Assembly: GCF_000143415.4 (NCBI RefSeq)
Contig: NW_003314262.1
Location: 1,291,960 to 1,355,959, forward strand
DNA from: Selaginella moellendorffii
Lineage: Eukaryota; Plantae; Lycopodiophyta
Reading direction: 5' to 3'
Length of the DNA: 64,000 nucleotides
The translations under genes were made by a program, and so were the position numbers. Under the pieces are notes generated by a model. It ran no database searches, was not told where the DNA came from, and saw nothing but the letters and a program-made list of their open reading frames with translations. Below are positions 1-12,042 of this stretch, piece after piece (positions within the stretch are counted from its first letter, which is position 1; each line of letters starts with the position of its first letter).

Positions 1-1267
1 GTTTGTTGTTAAAATTTAAGTTTATAATCTTACATATACTGCAGTCATGACTTCCACAATTCATGCTGCAATCAAGCAGGACCTCCAGGCACTTCATGGC
101 ACACTGACAGAGGACACACCCACAACCAAGTTATGGACATCCCTCTATCATGTAAGCATTTGTTAAATTTTGATTTTGTGCAGATTTGAAAATACTTGAT
201 CGGGGTCTGGATGGCTTGTGTGCAGGGTGGGTAAGTGGCGCTGCTGCTGGGGTAAGAGATCCAACGAGCTTGCCTTGAATTATGTTTGAATTGAAACTGA
301 TCGCAGGCACATCAACACTAGCTTGACGACGATGGAAGGGTGAGAACTCCGAGCGTTCTGCGAGATCACCGAACTGGAGTACATTCTCGAACCGGGCCGG
401 CTCACTCTCGAGTTTATGGACGTGTACAGGATTCGCGGCAGCATTGACTTGCCGGAGCTGACAGACTTCGCAGACTATATAGTGACTACGAGATCTTCAC
501 GAGCACACCTTTTGTCCCGAGTTGGGAGGATCTTTTTATACCATTCTTTCTAGAGCTCCCATGATACTCCCTCGGAGCCAAACAAATAAAGAAATTAAAG
601 GTACCTCTTTGGAAAAGTGGCGATTCTACGTAACACCAAGAAAAAATCACGGGTGCAGTGATCGGATCGGAGCTCTTGCTCTCGAAGCTGAGCCAGAGGT
701 TCTCGTTTTCAAGTCGAGGGTTGACCACTGCTGGGTTTTAGTTTTTGCTCCACGCACGCAACGCTTTCTCCACTTTGCAGGGCTTGGAGAGGCCAAATAA
801 AGGAATAGAGAAGAAAGAAACTCACTGTGAATCCAAGATATCACAGCTGTTCCTCCGTGTTTTATGTGGCTGCTTTCCTGTGGAGCTCCAACACATGTAA
901 GTCAGTCAGTGTAGCGCAGCTCTGGAAGAAAAGTGTTGATAGATTTTTCCATTTGCAGCGAAGAGAGCTGCCAAGGATCGAGTGAGGAGATGGAGGGCCA
1001 TCCTTCTCCTCTTCCTCCCCCTCCTCCTCTTGTCATCGAGGCCGCGTGAGCTCCTCTTCGATCCGGAAGCCGACGGTGATCACCCTAGCACCAGAAATCC
1101 CCCGCCAAGAACAAGAGGACGAAATCCCTGGATTGATCCGCTGCTCCTACTCTGGCCACAAAACCTCGCGGAGCCACCACGCCGGCGCCAAGATCCACAG
1201 CTCCTCGCGAAATCACGACGACAAGATCAAGATTCCCGAGAATGTGCCCGCGGAGGAAGATATCCAG

Positions 1268-1908
1268 CATAGTTGCAGCTAGACGTGCAAACGTTCAAAC
1301 GCGTCCACGTTTAAACGCCGTTTAAAACGTTTTTTTCAGGACAATCAAACGTTTACATGTTAAAGCCTAAAATGATTAAGAAAACACTAATATTTACTAA
1401 AGACACTTTAATCTAATATTAAGTTTATAAAACCCAACCGAATAACATACTAAAACAAATGAAAGAAGAAGCCGTTTCGCTGTTCTGCTTGTCTCAGCAC
1501 TGGACCAGTTCTCCGTGCTTGCCACCATAGATTCTGCTGGCCCCCCTGAACCCTGTGCGGCTTGCTGCAGCAGATGCCCATCATCGGCATCTGCTGGGTC
1601 TGCTACCTCGAAATCGGAAAAACTGCTGCGAGGTTTTTTAAGGGTTCATGGCAGGAATTGGAGGACGCCGCAAATGCTGGAGCTGGAAGCATGTGATACA
1701 AGCAGAGCGGCACTGGACATGTAAGTATTGTCATGAGATTCACACTGGGGGAGCGGAGCGAGTCCGAGCACATCTTGCTGGAGTTTGGGCAAGAGGTGTG
1801 AAAACGTGCAAGGCAAAATAGTGCAAACGCGTTGGGAGTTTAGAACGGCGTTTTTTAACGCGTTTAAAACGTTACGTTTTTTTAGTTTCATACGTTTTCC
1901 GGCAACTG
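1268..1908. mobile_element. Non-autonomous hAT-like DNA transposon/MITE inserted in the copy A relic
   Basis: Interrupts sequence that is contiguous in the parent gene (tccag|cgcctccg at about 12583). Left end CATAGTTGC, right end GCAACTG (imperfect TIR). Dense subterminal AAACG/CGTTT motifs at both ends. TSD not cleanly preserved. Confidence 0.6.
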
Positions 1909-1995
1909 GCAGCGCCTCCGTGGGAAGAATCCACGCCCGTGGCACAAGAGCAGCATCGATTCCTGCCGCCAATCCGGCTCCCGGGCTGCCATCTC

Positions 1996-2990
1996 TGTTG
2001 GAGCTCCGGAGACGCCGTCGCGCCGCGCCACCGCGCGAGGAAAGGTAAGACGGTGGAAGCCGAATCGGAGCCATGGAAATCGAGGAGCAAGCCGCCACGG
2101 CCAGAGCCAGTGCTGGAGCCGGCAGTGCCGACAACAAAGAAGAGCTCTTCTCCAGGGCGAGGCCTCCACAGGAGGCACAGATTGACGGCGACGAGGATGT
2201 CATGCGCGATGATCTTGCAGAGGTGCCCAAGCCCGTGGATGACACAAGTCAGCGCAGCCAGGGGGTCCCCAGCCAGGCAGCCTCGCCGCCGCCTCCAAAC
2301 CGCTTCTCCCGACGTGGATTGGCCTCGCGCTTCTCCTCTGTCGCTGTTCTCCGCCAGAAGATGGATCACGTCGCTTGGAAGGGGAGCGGGAGGCTTTAAA
2401 GGTCCAAGCTATACGAGCTTGTACCAAGGCAGCGCAGAAAATCCTGGCAGGACCTCTCTCGCAGATCTTGCTCCCGGATTGCAGCAAATTTCGGAGCAGG
2501 GCTGCCCGAGCTGACGTCCCTTTCTCTCGCGAGCGTGAACCGACGAATTACCGAGCGAGCTCATGGTGGCCATGGGGCCGAAACTAGAGGAGCTCAGTAT
2601 CTCACATTGCAGGTAACCAACCGTCTGTGCTGCTTTGGCTTCTTACTGAGATCCGCGGGATGTTTTTTGTGCAGCGTTACGGTGGCGGCTGTTGCAGCTT
2701 GCGGTTCGACTCTGAAAAGCTTTGCACTTCGAAGGCTTGGAGCTTACAGACGGCACCTTTCAGGTGAATCTTTACTGCCTTTCTTCTCATCTGTTACTTA
2801 CACAAGCTTTGTTTTCTTCTCAGTGACGAGGTACTGGCGGACTTCGTCACGGCCGCTGGAAGCTGTTCATCGCAAGCGTGAAAAAGGCACGTCTCACTGC
2901 GTTCTTCGTCAGGCCCTTTTGCCGCAGAGCGACCGAGGACGGGTTTGGATTCCTTGTCCCAATCTCGTGGAGCTCAGACTCTGCTCGTCT
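1996..2990 (+). pseudogene. Rad7-like LRR gene relic (copy A)
   Basis: MEIEEQ..., NKEELFSRAR..QIDGDED match 12916-14859. Many internal deletions and frameshifts. Confidence 0.85.
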
Positions 2991-3110
2991 TCGAAAAAAA
3001 AACGCGATTCTTTAAACAATTTTAAAGAAAATTGTCCGCCATAGCCAGGGTTAGGGTGAGCAAATTTTCCCTCCATGTAAAATCTAGGGTTCGTCGTCTC
3101 CGCAGCTTCC

Positions 3111-3545
3111 ATGGATGTTGTGATTGTGGCGGTCGCGGGTGCTTGTGTTGTCATTGCGGCAACTTGCATTGCAACCATGCTCATCATCAACCTCCTCACC
3201 AAGAGCGTCATCACCATGGCTTCTTCAACCAGGGGAGCAGCGAAGGAGGATCTACAGGCTCTCCGTGGAGCTCTCAAGGAGGATCTGCAGGCTCTCCGTG
3301 GAGTTCTCAAGGAGGACCTTCCCAGCCTCAGGCAGGTGATACAGGATTTTGGTGCCTTGAGGGAGGAACTGAGGATGCTGCGAGATGCTCTGCGAGCTGA
3401 GGCAGCCCAGGGCCAAGCTAATCCGGTAAGCATTTGTGAAGTTCTGGCTTGTGCGAATCTTGAAATTATTTGCTTGATCATCCAGTGGTGTGCAAACCGC
3501 ACAGAAGTGGCGCTGCTGCTGCTGACCATGTTCAGTGATCGGTAG
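3111..3545 (+). CDS. Orphan protein: N-terminal hydrophobic TM segment followed by 11-residue amphipathic repeats/coiled coil (exon 1 = 3111-3425; downstream exons uncertain)
   Basis: MDVVIVAVAGACVVIAATCIATMLIINLL, then KEDLQALRGAL-KEDLQALRGVL-KEDLPSLRQV (33-bp repeats). GTAAGC donor at 3426 is conserved in copies A and C. Confidence 0.5.
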   Translation: MDVVIVAVAGACVVIAATCIATMLIINLLTKSVITMASSTRGAAKEDLQALRGALKEDLQALRGVLKEDLPSLRQVIQDFGALREELRMLRDALRAEAAQGQANPVSICEVLACANLEIICLIIQWCANRTEVALLLLTMFSDR

Positions 3546-3879
3546 TTGATTCATAGGAAGTTCGACAAAACTGTTTTGTTTTTCGACAGGGAAAAATCTT
3601 CTGATTCGGATCTTCGTTTCCTCGAAATAAAATGACTCATGTCTTGGTTTCCTCGAAATAAAATGACTCATGTCTGAGCTTTCTGATAGTAAGTCATTTC
3701 CGGGCAGGAACATAGACATGGACGTGGCTTGGCAGTGTCTAATATTACTTGCTTGTAGGTGGATCAGTGTAACTATTTATTCAGCAGACCCGGGTTGTTT
3801 GAACACGATTCAATCAAAGCTTTCAAGTTTTCTGTCTTCAAGTAGACCCGGGTTCATGCAGCTTAGCTGACGGCTCGTG

Positions 3880-6800
3880 CAGACTCACTGGACCTGAAAC
3901 ATGGAGAGCTGAACGAGGAGATGGAGATCACCTCGATCTCCATTTCCTTATCATGCATTTCCTGAGTCGGGGCCCTTGCGAGAGAGCCACTGGCCAGCTC
4001 TGGAACGAGTTCCTACAGCACAAGTTCTTGCCCCGGAGGTACCATGAATTTTTCTCCAGGAATGGGACGCCCACCGCTGATGAAAATGACGATGTTTGTC
4101 GTTCCCACTCCGCGACGCGCAAGTTGCCGAGGTACTGTGTGTCGCGAAATCCTTTATTGGTTTTCCATGTTGACAAGGAGATGATTTGCAGGTGTAAGAA
4201 CGTTGACAACAAGCTCTTGCAGCAACTGCTTGTTCGCGTGATGCGAAAGTTCCCAAGCAGACGTTCCTCCCCTTTCGGGATCAGGAGCATTCCCGCTTTT
4301 GGAATGTAAGCCTTGTCTTTTCGAATCTTTTCGAATCTTGCCGTTGCTGATCCGAGCAAACCACTGGCAGCGGAGCAAAGAAATGCTACAAGTATCTCTA
4401 CGAAGCGAATAGACCAATGCATTGGCAAGCTGACCAAGTTCATGCTCTCGAACTTGGTGGTGGATTTGCAATGCATCGCAGTAGAAAATAGGCTTCGCCT
4501 TCGTAGCTGCGGAGGTTTGGACTATGCAAGAACCTGGCTGGCTGGCTGGTTTCGATTACTGTGCTTAAAAACCTGGCTTTTTGTGGGAGATAGCCGATTT
4601 GTCTGTAAGTAGTTCGAACACTTTAGTTGCATCAGCTTCTAACGATTCCTCCTGTTTTTTGTTTTGATTCGTTTTGCTTCTGCCTTTAGTGGGGATTACC
4701 AGATGGTGTTCCGGTTGCAACACTTCGTGACCACGTGACGGCCATCAAGTTTAGTCCCCGACCTGAAGACGGAACCTCTGTCAATTCACGTGTCTACATG
4801 CCGAAGCCGGATGTCGAGCCCGAATGTAAAGAGTCTGCCGATGTTTTTTTGGTCTTCTAAAAGCTTGTTTCCAGCTGCAGGAGCTGAGAATGGAGCACAG
4901 GCTACGAATCAGATTCAGTTCTGTGTGTTTAATGTAGATGGATCATATTTCGTCACTGGGAGTTCGGACAAGCTTGCCAGGGTAAGCCTTAAAAGTGGAC
5001 TTTTTATATTTGTAGCAATTGTTTGAACAGGTTTGGGACGCAAGAAAGTGGATGGACGAGTACACACCGGAAGGCGAAATTATGAGCATGACATTTTCAG
5101 TAGCCACGAGAATGAAGTTAACTACGTGCAGTTCAGGTTCGCGTCTTTGTTGACATCAATCGTCCTTTGTTCCAGTGGTTGTGCCGAGCCAATCAAAGTT
5201 TCTTCCGTCGACTTTTTCAAGGATGACAAGGTAAAGACATCTTATGGGGCTCTCATGGAATAACATGGATGTGCAGATTGCCGAGACTTACGTGCCAGAT
5301 GTACATCCATGCAATCCTCATATTGCAATGAGTCCGGGCTACGATGGCAGAGGTACTGTCTGGGATGTAAAAGTGTTCGCTCAAAAGAATGATGACGAAT
5401 ATCACTTGATTGTTTTAGATTTGGCAGGGCCATCCAGTAAGAACATATGAGACTGGAGATTATAATCTTGTCGATGACAATTTTCACCGTATGCTTGCTC
5501 TCATATCCATTTATCCTGGATTTCACGTTTGCTAATTTTCGGGGATGGAACCTCGTTGGTAGTCAAGACGACGAAGGTGCGTAATACGATCGGGTATCAG
5601 GAAGATTTTGCTTTTTATCTTTCATCCAATAGCTTGTTGTTTTTGCATTTATTATTTATTATTTATGTTTTTTCTAGTTTTTTCTTGGAGATTATCAGCC
5701 GAGATACTCATGGAAACGTTCTCGATCAGGTAAATAAAATTATGTAAGTGCTTTTATTTAGTTTTAGTCCTGAGTGTTGTTCTTTTCCGGTATTGTTCTT
5801 GCAAAAACTGAGTATCTTTCTTTTACAGGAAACTCAGTTGCCTCCTCATTAAAGGAATCTTCAGGATCTCTTGTGCGATGCAAGTAAGCTGGTGACTTCT
5901 TAGAGGATGCTTACAGGCCCGAGGAAGAGCAACCTGGACGTGGACGATATACAAATGAAGTGAACAACGCCGTCTACGGCCTCGCAAACTTGCGACTAAG
6001 AGTGAGCCTTATGAAGCCGACGAGCACGCTTCAGGTGGCCGCAGGCGAAGTACACGGCTGGCGTAGGGTCGCGTGGTTAGTCTCTCCAACAGCAGGTGCA
6101 CAAGACGCAGGAGAAACGTCGGCCGTCCTTCACACTGGGAAGCTAGCTCGTCGGACTGGGATGGAAGCAGCGACGACGATGGACGCCGAAAGCCCGAAAG
6201 AAGAACTTCGAGCAGACTGAAAGTGAAGCTGCAGAAGAACGTTGGGTCGAGGTACAAGGATTTCCATGAAGAGAAACCTCAGCACCGAGCAACGTGTCCT
6301 GGTTACTCTTGACAGAGGTGGAGCGGACGCGCTACATTCCACAGTATGGTGATGAGGTGGTGTACTTCCGATAGGACTGGAAAGTGTCGGGGAACACTTG
6401 TTGCCGGCTGACTCTCGAGTTCATGGACGGGTACAGGATTCGCGGCAGCAGCTTCAGCGTCGACTTGCCGGAGCTGACAGACTACGCCGACTTTATAGCG
6501 GAGAGAAACCGAGGCCTCCTTGGCCAGGAACTGGTCCAGTCGGGACAAGTGGAGGTCGGACGAGGAAGAAGGTGGTCGCTGGTGGGAAGGGACGATAACT
6601 CAGGTGAAGGCAAAGTCGCCCGAGTTTCCATACAGCAGGACGAGCCATCGACGACTGGGAGCTTCACGACGTTGAGAATCCTTGAACTTGGGAGCCGCCA
6701 CAGATCGAGCAGGACAAGGCGAGCTGCTCGACATCGTGACGAGGTGCTCCGCCCCAACCAACAGGTTTGTTTTAGTGTGATCGATCATAGACTCGGAGGA

Positions 6801-7085
6801 GTTTTGGTTTTGCTCTTGGCTTGACGAGCTTTTGCTTTTCGCAGGACGAGTGCTGTGAGCAAGCCGGATTTTGTAGACAGGCAAGTTGGAAAAATCTCTT
6901 TTGCGATTGAGAAAGAAGCTAAAAGCTTATAAACTATGCAGGATTGCGCTACCATCTCCATGGACGTGATTCGCGAGCGGCTAGACTACCGTAGCGTGTT
7001 GTCGTTGTCACACGATATTAGGATACTGATGGTGTTGGGAAACAGCGCGGCTGAGGCACTGCAAATGTCAGCTTTGTAAGAATTT
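3880..7085 (+). pseudogene. Bromodomain and WD40 repeat protein (BRWD/PHIP-like), deleted and frameshifted
   Basis: Recognisable pieces: HFLSRGPCERA..LLPRRYH, TGSSDKLARV, HENEVNYVQF, DVHPCNPHIAMSPGYDGR, YIPQYGDEVVYFR, TCCRLTLEF, LPELTDYADF, and bromodomain-end MDVIRERLDYR. Multiple stops and deletions. Confidence 0.85.
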
Positions 7086-7789
7086 TCTCGAGGTCAAACA
7101 CGAGATCATTCCTACGAGAAAACGAGCACACCGATTTGTACCTGGAAAACCACATCAAAGTCAAGCTTTGAGTCGGTTTAAGGATGAAAGCTTCTAATTC
7201 TTTCTAGCCAGATAGAAGCCAAACGGGTACTCTCTCAGAGCCAAACATGCGGTGGGGTGATCGGGTCGGAGCTTCTTCTGGAAAGGAATTAGCACGCATG
7301 CATACTTTTGTTTCACGAGCAGGGCTTGGGAAAAACTCACTGTGAATCCAATGCATGCGGTTTGCAGCTTCGAGGTGGATCGAAGGAGAGGAGAGATAGA
7401 TTCATCCCTTCATGCGGCTGGGGAGCTCCAACACCTGTAAGTCACACTGGAAGAAAGTGTTGATAGACTTTACCATTTTTGCAGCGAAGAGAGATGGAGC
7501 GCCATCCTTCTCCTCTTGTGCTCCATAGCATCGAAGCCACGCCGTGCCTGGAGTCTTCGATCCGGAAGCCCACTATCAGGTAAGAGGTCGTGATCGTCGT
7601 GCGCCCGCCTGCCCACTGCCGCTCTACACCGAGAATCCACGCAGCAGCATGGATTCGCGCGGCCAATCCGGTAGCGCGCTTCCCAAGCAAAGACGCACAC
7701 CACTGTACGAACGGAAAGTGCACAAGTGGCCCATGGTACGTAACCTCGTGACCGAGGATCGAACACCCGACGTCTGGTGCCCCGATATT

Positions 7790-9050
7790 TTAGGGTTCTT
7801 GCGACGGAGAGGCCGTCGTGCGCCGCGCCACCGCGCAGGAGAGCGATGCGTAGGAAACGTAAGGCGGTGGAATCCGAATCGGAGGCCGAGCTCGGCACAG
7901 GGCGCGTTCTATGCCTACAGCGCCGACAACACGCCACTCGATGATCTTTGGAGGCGGCGGCTCCACGCGCTTCCGCAAGATCATCGCCCATGAAATCCTC
8001 GTCGCCGTCAATCTGTGCTCCGGGATTGCAGCAGAAGAGCCCTAACGATCTGCTAGGCTTGGAGCCGGAGAAGAACGACTATGACTGGTAAGCTTCCATA
8101 GCCAGGACGAGCAAAGCTTGCAAGAATTCTCACACTTTCTTCGCGTGGTATAAGCTGCTAATCGAGCTTCTCTGCCAGAAGATCGATCACGTCGAGTCCT
8201 TGGAAGGGGTGCCGGAGGCTTTAAAGCCGTGCATTACGTCCAAGCTATACGAGCTTGTCCCAAGGCAGTGCAGATAATCCTGGCAGGACCTCTCACGCGG
8301 ATCTTCATCCCAGGAGTTGATGGAAAACTCTCCCCTCGATGGAGTCCAGGTTGCTCGCTCTCTCTCTCTCTCTCTCTCTCTACCCGTTTACAATGTATAA
8401 CTTTTTTTCTTTCAGGCTTTGGAGCTCGGGTTCTGTGGCCGAGCACTCTCCGACCAAATGCTGCAGAGATTTGCGTTTCCACAGCTGAGAAAGCTCCGGC
8501 TGCATGGGAACTATCGGCTGTTAGACTCGGAAGTGCGGGCACTGATACGATCTGCCACCAGAGGTTTGAGGGACGTATCTCACCGAGGCGTCCGTCCAGG
8601 AGCTAGCAACCTTTCACGGGCGATATGCGATGCGATTCTTGGCATTTTGAAGCTTCTCGAGCTGACGTTCCTTTCTCTCGCGAGCGTGAACCGACAAATT
8701 GCTAAGTGAGCTCATGGTGGCTAGGGGGCCGACACTGGAAGAGCTCAATAAGGACACCATCGTTTGACTTCAGGTGAATCTTTGCTGCCTTTTCTTACTT
8801 CCACAAGTTTTGTTTCCTTTTCAGTGACGAGGTACTGGCGGACTTCGTCATGGCCGCTGGAAGCTCGCTGCGCAACCTGTCCACCACAAGCGTGAAAAAG
8901 GCACGTCGATCAAAGCGATCCAAGCTAGTGCGTTCTTTTGCCGCAGAGCGACCGAGGGCGGGTTTGGATTCCTTGTCCCAATCTCGTGGAGCTCAGACTC
9001 TTTGGTTGCGTTGCACCCAGGTACCTGCTGCTCGTCTACCTGCAAATAAA
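7790..9050 (+). pseudogene. Rad7-like LRR gene relic (copy B) with internal inversion and filler DNA
   Basis: LELGFCGRALSDQMLQRFAFPQLRKLRLHGNYR matches 13699-13800. 7934-8018 is inverted and 8020-8160 is foreign sequence. Confidence 0.85.
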
Positions 9051-9312
9051 AAAATCGCGTTTCTTTGAGTGGGCTTGATAGGATTTTTCAGGGAGAATGC
9101 TGCTAATAGTCGGCGTTGCCCTAAAAGGGTTTCAAGCAGAGATAGCAGGTTCTTTGATGAGCACGAATCCCTTCCTCTTGCTGATTTCGTTTAGCTGCAT
9201 TGCCTTCCAGAGCGCCAGGCAAGGTCTCATTTTCAGCTCCAGCAACCCTAGCGCTCCAGCTCCGCTCAGGTGAGTAGGTGGTTTTGATTATTCTGGTTTT
9301 GTGCCCATCAGA

Positions 9313-10010
9313 ATGGATGTGAACGTGAGTGTGATTGTGGCAATCACCATGGGTGTTTGTACTTTCACTACGGTAGTTTGCATTGCCGCTCATTACCGAC
9401 CTAACCTCATCACCAAGAGCGTCATCACCATGGCTTCTTCAATCAGGGGAGTAGTGAAGGAGGATCTGCAAGCTTTCCATAGAGCTCTCAAGGAGGACCT
9501 TTTCAGGCTTAACTAGAACTTTGGAGTAGCTACCTCCATCCTCAAACAGGACTTCCTCAAACAGGACTTCATAGCAGCTACTACCAACCTGAAGCAGGAT
9601 TTTTCCAGCCTCAAGCATGATTTGGGAGTAGCTATTGCCAGCGTCAAGCATGATGTGCGAGTAGTGTGCATGATGTGCAATCCTGCTTGATGCTAGTAAT
9701 AGCTACTGCACAGTCTTGCTTCTGCAAGTGCAACTGGTGCAATTCATACTGCAGTGATACAGGATTTTGGTGCCTTGCATGGAGTGGTGAGGGCTGATGG
9801 GACGATGATGCGAGATGCCCTGCAAGCTGAGGCAGCTGCAGCCCACAGTCAAGCAATGAACGACTGTTCTACAAGGCTCTATCTGGTAAGCATTTGTGAA
9901 ATTCTGATTTTGTGCGTCTTTTGAAAATATTTTATCAGAGTTTGAATGGCTTGATCCAGTCGTGTGCAAACCGCACAGTGGTTGGTAAGTGGCGCTGCTG
10001 CTGACCATGT
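9313..10010 (+). pseudogene. Paralogue of the 3111 orphan TM/11-mer-repeat gene, with stop codons
   Basis: MDVNVSVIVAITMG...LITKSVITMASSIRGVVKEDLQAFHRALKEDLFRLN*; further degenerate KQD repeats follow. Confidence 0.7.
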
Positions 10011-10309
10011 GATCAGTAGTTGATTCATAGAAACGACCAACTGTTCTGTTTTTTGACAGGAAAATTTTTTCTGATTCGGGTCTTCGTCTCCTCGAAATAA
10101 AAAGGCTCATGTCTTGAGCTTCTGATAGTAAGTCTTTTCCGGGCAAGAACATAGACATGAACGTGGCTTGGCAGTGTCTAATAGTACTTTCTTGTAGGTG
10201 GATCAGTGTAACTATTTATTCAGCAGACCGGGATTTCTGGGTACACTTCAATTGCTTTGTATGATAACGGAACACATTCAATCGAACCTTTCAAGTTTTC
10301 TGTCTTCAA

Positions 10310-10935
10310 GTACATGCAGCTTAGCTGACGGCTCGTGCAGACTCAACCTGAAACATGGTGGCTGTACGATCTGATGTTGGAGCTTATCATCGAGGTGATC
10401 TCCATATCCTTATCATGCATTTCCTGTGGAGCGGCCCTTGCGAGAGAGCCACTGGCCAGCTCTGGAACGAGCTCCTACATGCCCCGGAGGTACCATGGAT
10501 TCTTCTCCAGGAATGGGACGCCCCCAATGGGAATGGATCATATTTCGTCACTGGGAGTTCGGACGAGCTTGCCAGGGTAAGCATTAAAAGTTATATTTCT
10601 AGCAATTGTTTGCACAGGTTTGGGACGCGACCGACGTGTCCTGATGACTCTTGACAGAGGTGGTGTACTTCCGACAGGGAAGAGATCCAACGAGCTAGTC
10701 TTGAATTATGTTTGAATTGAAACTGGTGATTGCAGGGACATCAAGACTACTTAGACACCAAGCAGCTTGATGCCGATGGTCCCTGCAAGCGGTGGAGTTC
10801 TGCGAGATCACCGGACTGGAGCACATCATTCTCGAAAACTCGGGGAACACTTGTTGCCGGCTGACTCTCGAGTTCATGGACGGGTACAAGATTCACGGCC
10901 GTCGGCAGCATACTGCAAATGTGAGCTTTGTAAAT
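10310..10935 (+). pseudogene. BRWD/PHIP relic (copy C), reduced to about 0.6 kb
   Basis: MHFLWSGPCERATGQLWNELL, NGSYFVTGSSDELARV and SGNTCCRLTLEFMDGYKI joined by large deletions. Confidence 0.8.
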
Positions 10936-12042
10936 CTTTTCTCAGAGGTTTTAGTTAACGAAGAAAGAAACTTTTCCTTACACACCTCGCTACTACTGCT
11001 CATACAAGTTCTTCCCATGCGTACCACCTACATTGTCAAACACGACATCATTCCTACGGGAAAACGAGCACACTTTGATCCCGAGTTGCGAGGATAATCT
11101 TTTTATACCTGGAAAACCACATCAAAGTCAAGCTTTGAGTCGGTTTAAGGATGAAAGCTTCTAAATTTTTCTAGCCAGACAGAAGCCAAACGTGCTCCCA
11201 TGATACTCCCCCAGAGCCAAACAAATAAAGGAATTAAAGGTACCTCTTTGGAAAAGCGGTGGCAGACCAAAAGCGATTCTACGTAACGCCAAGAAAAAAA
11301 TCACGGGTGCCTTTGCGGTGCGGTGATCGGATCGGAGCTCTCGCTTGCTCCCTCTCGCTCCCCCGTTTGAAAAGCTGGGCCAGCCAGTAAAGAAGAGTAA
11401 AAAAATAAAGAACAGAATTTGCAAAGCTTGTGCAGAGGCGCCGCACCTGAGTCTCGGAAGGAAAAGCTGTCCGAGTCTGCTACAGTGTCCGGGAGCTAGC
11501 CGAGAGCTTCTTGTATTTAAGTCGAGGGTTGACCACTGCTGGGATCCTCGGTTTTAGTTTTTGCTCCTCGCGTCTTAGCACGCATGCATCGCTTTCTCCA
11601 CTTTTGTTTCACGAGCAGGGCTTGGAGAAGGAACAAAAGAGGCCATCAATCCTCCTGAAACACCCCTGGCAACGCACACACACTGGTAAGCCGATCAATG
11701 CTGTAGAGAAAAAAAGGAAAAAGAAAAGAAGAAAAACTCACTTCTGTGAATCCAATGCAGAGGTCACTGTTGTTCCTGCGGTTTGCAGCTTCGAGGTGGT
11801 CCAGACACACAGAGGTCTTGAATCTATCCTCGCCGGATCGAAGAAGAGGAGAGATAGATTCATCCCTTCTTCGTTTTTTATGCGGCTGCGACGATCATGG
11901 GTGCTTTCCTGTGGAGCTCCAGCACCTGTAAGTCAGTCAGTGTAGCGCAGCTCTGGAAGAAAAGTGTTGATAGATTTTACCATTTGCAGCGAAGAGAGCT
12001 GCCAAGGATCGAGTAACTCTTGATGAGGAAGAAGTCGAGGAG

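Larger units (their letters stand above)
1..2990 (+). repeat. Segmental duplication copy A (heavily deleted) of the block intact at about 9.3-14.9 kb
   Basis: Same order and orientation of homologous pieces as 9280-14859: orphan gene relic (1-250), BRWD relic (255-490), antisense unit (500-980), 12043-gene relic (980-1995), Rad7-like relic (1996-2990). Example: 881-985 is nearly identical to 11915-12014. Confidence 0.85.
3040..9060 (+). repeat. Segmental duplication copy B
   Basis: Orphan gene (3111), BRWD (3880-7085), antisense unit (7090-7490), 12043-gene relic (7490-7750), Rad7-like relic (7790-9050), collinear with copies A and C. Confidence 0.85.

Noticed and set aside
1646-2514. ORFs of 165-199 aa on both strands
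   Set aside because: They span the transposon junction and deleted Rad7-like relic; chimeric chance frames.
3611-3675. 31-bp direct duplication present only in copy B
   Set aside because: Simple slippage duplication in non-coding DNA; no functional evidence.
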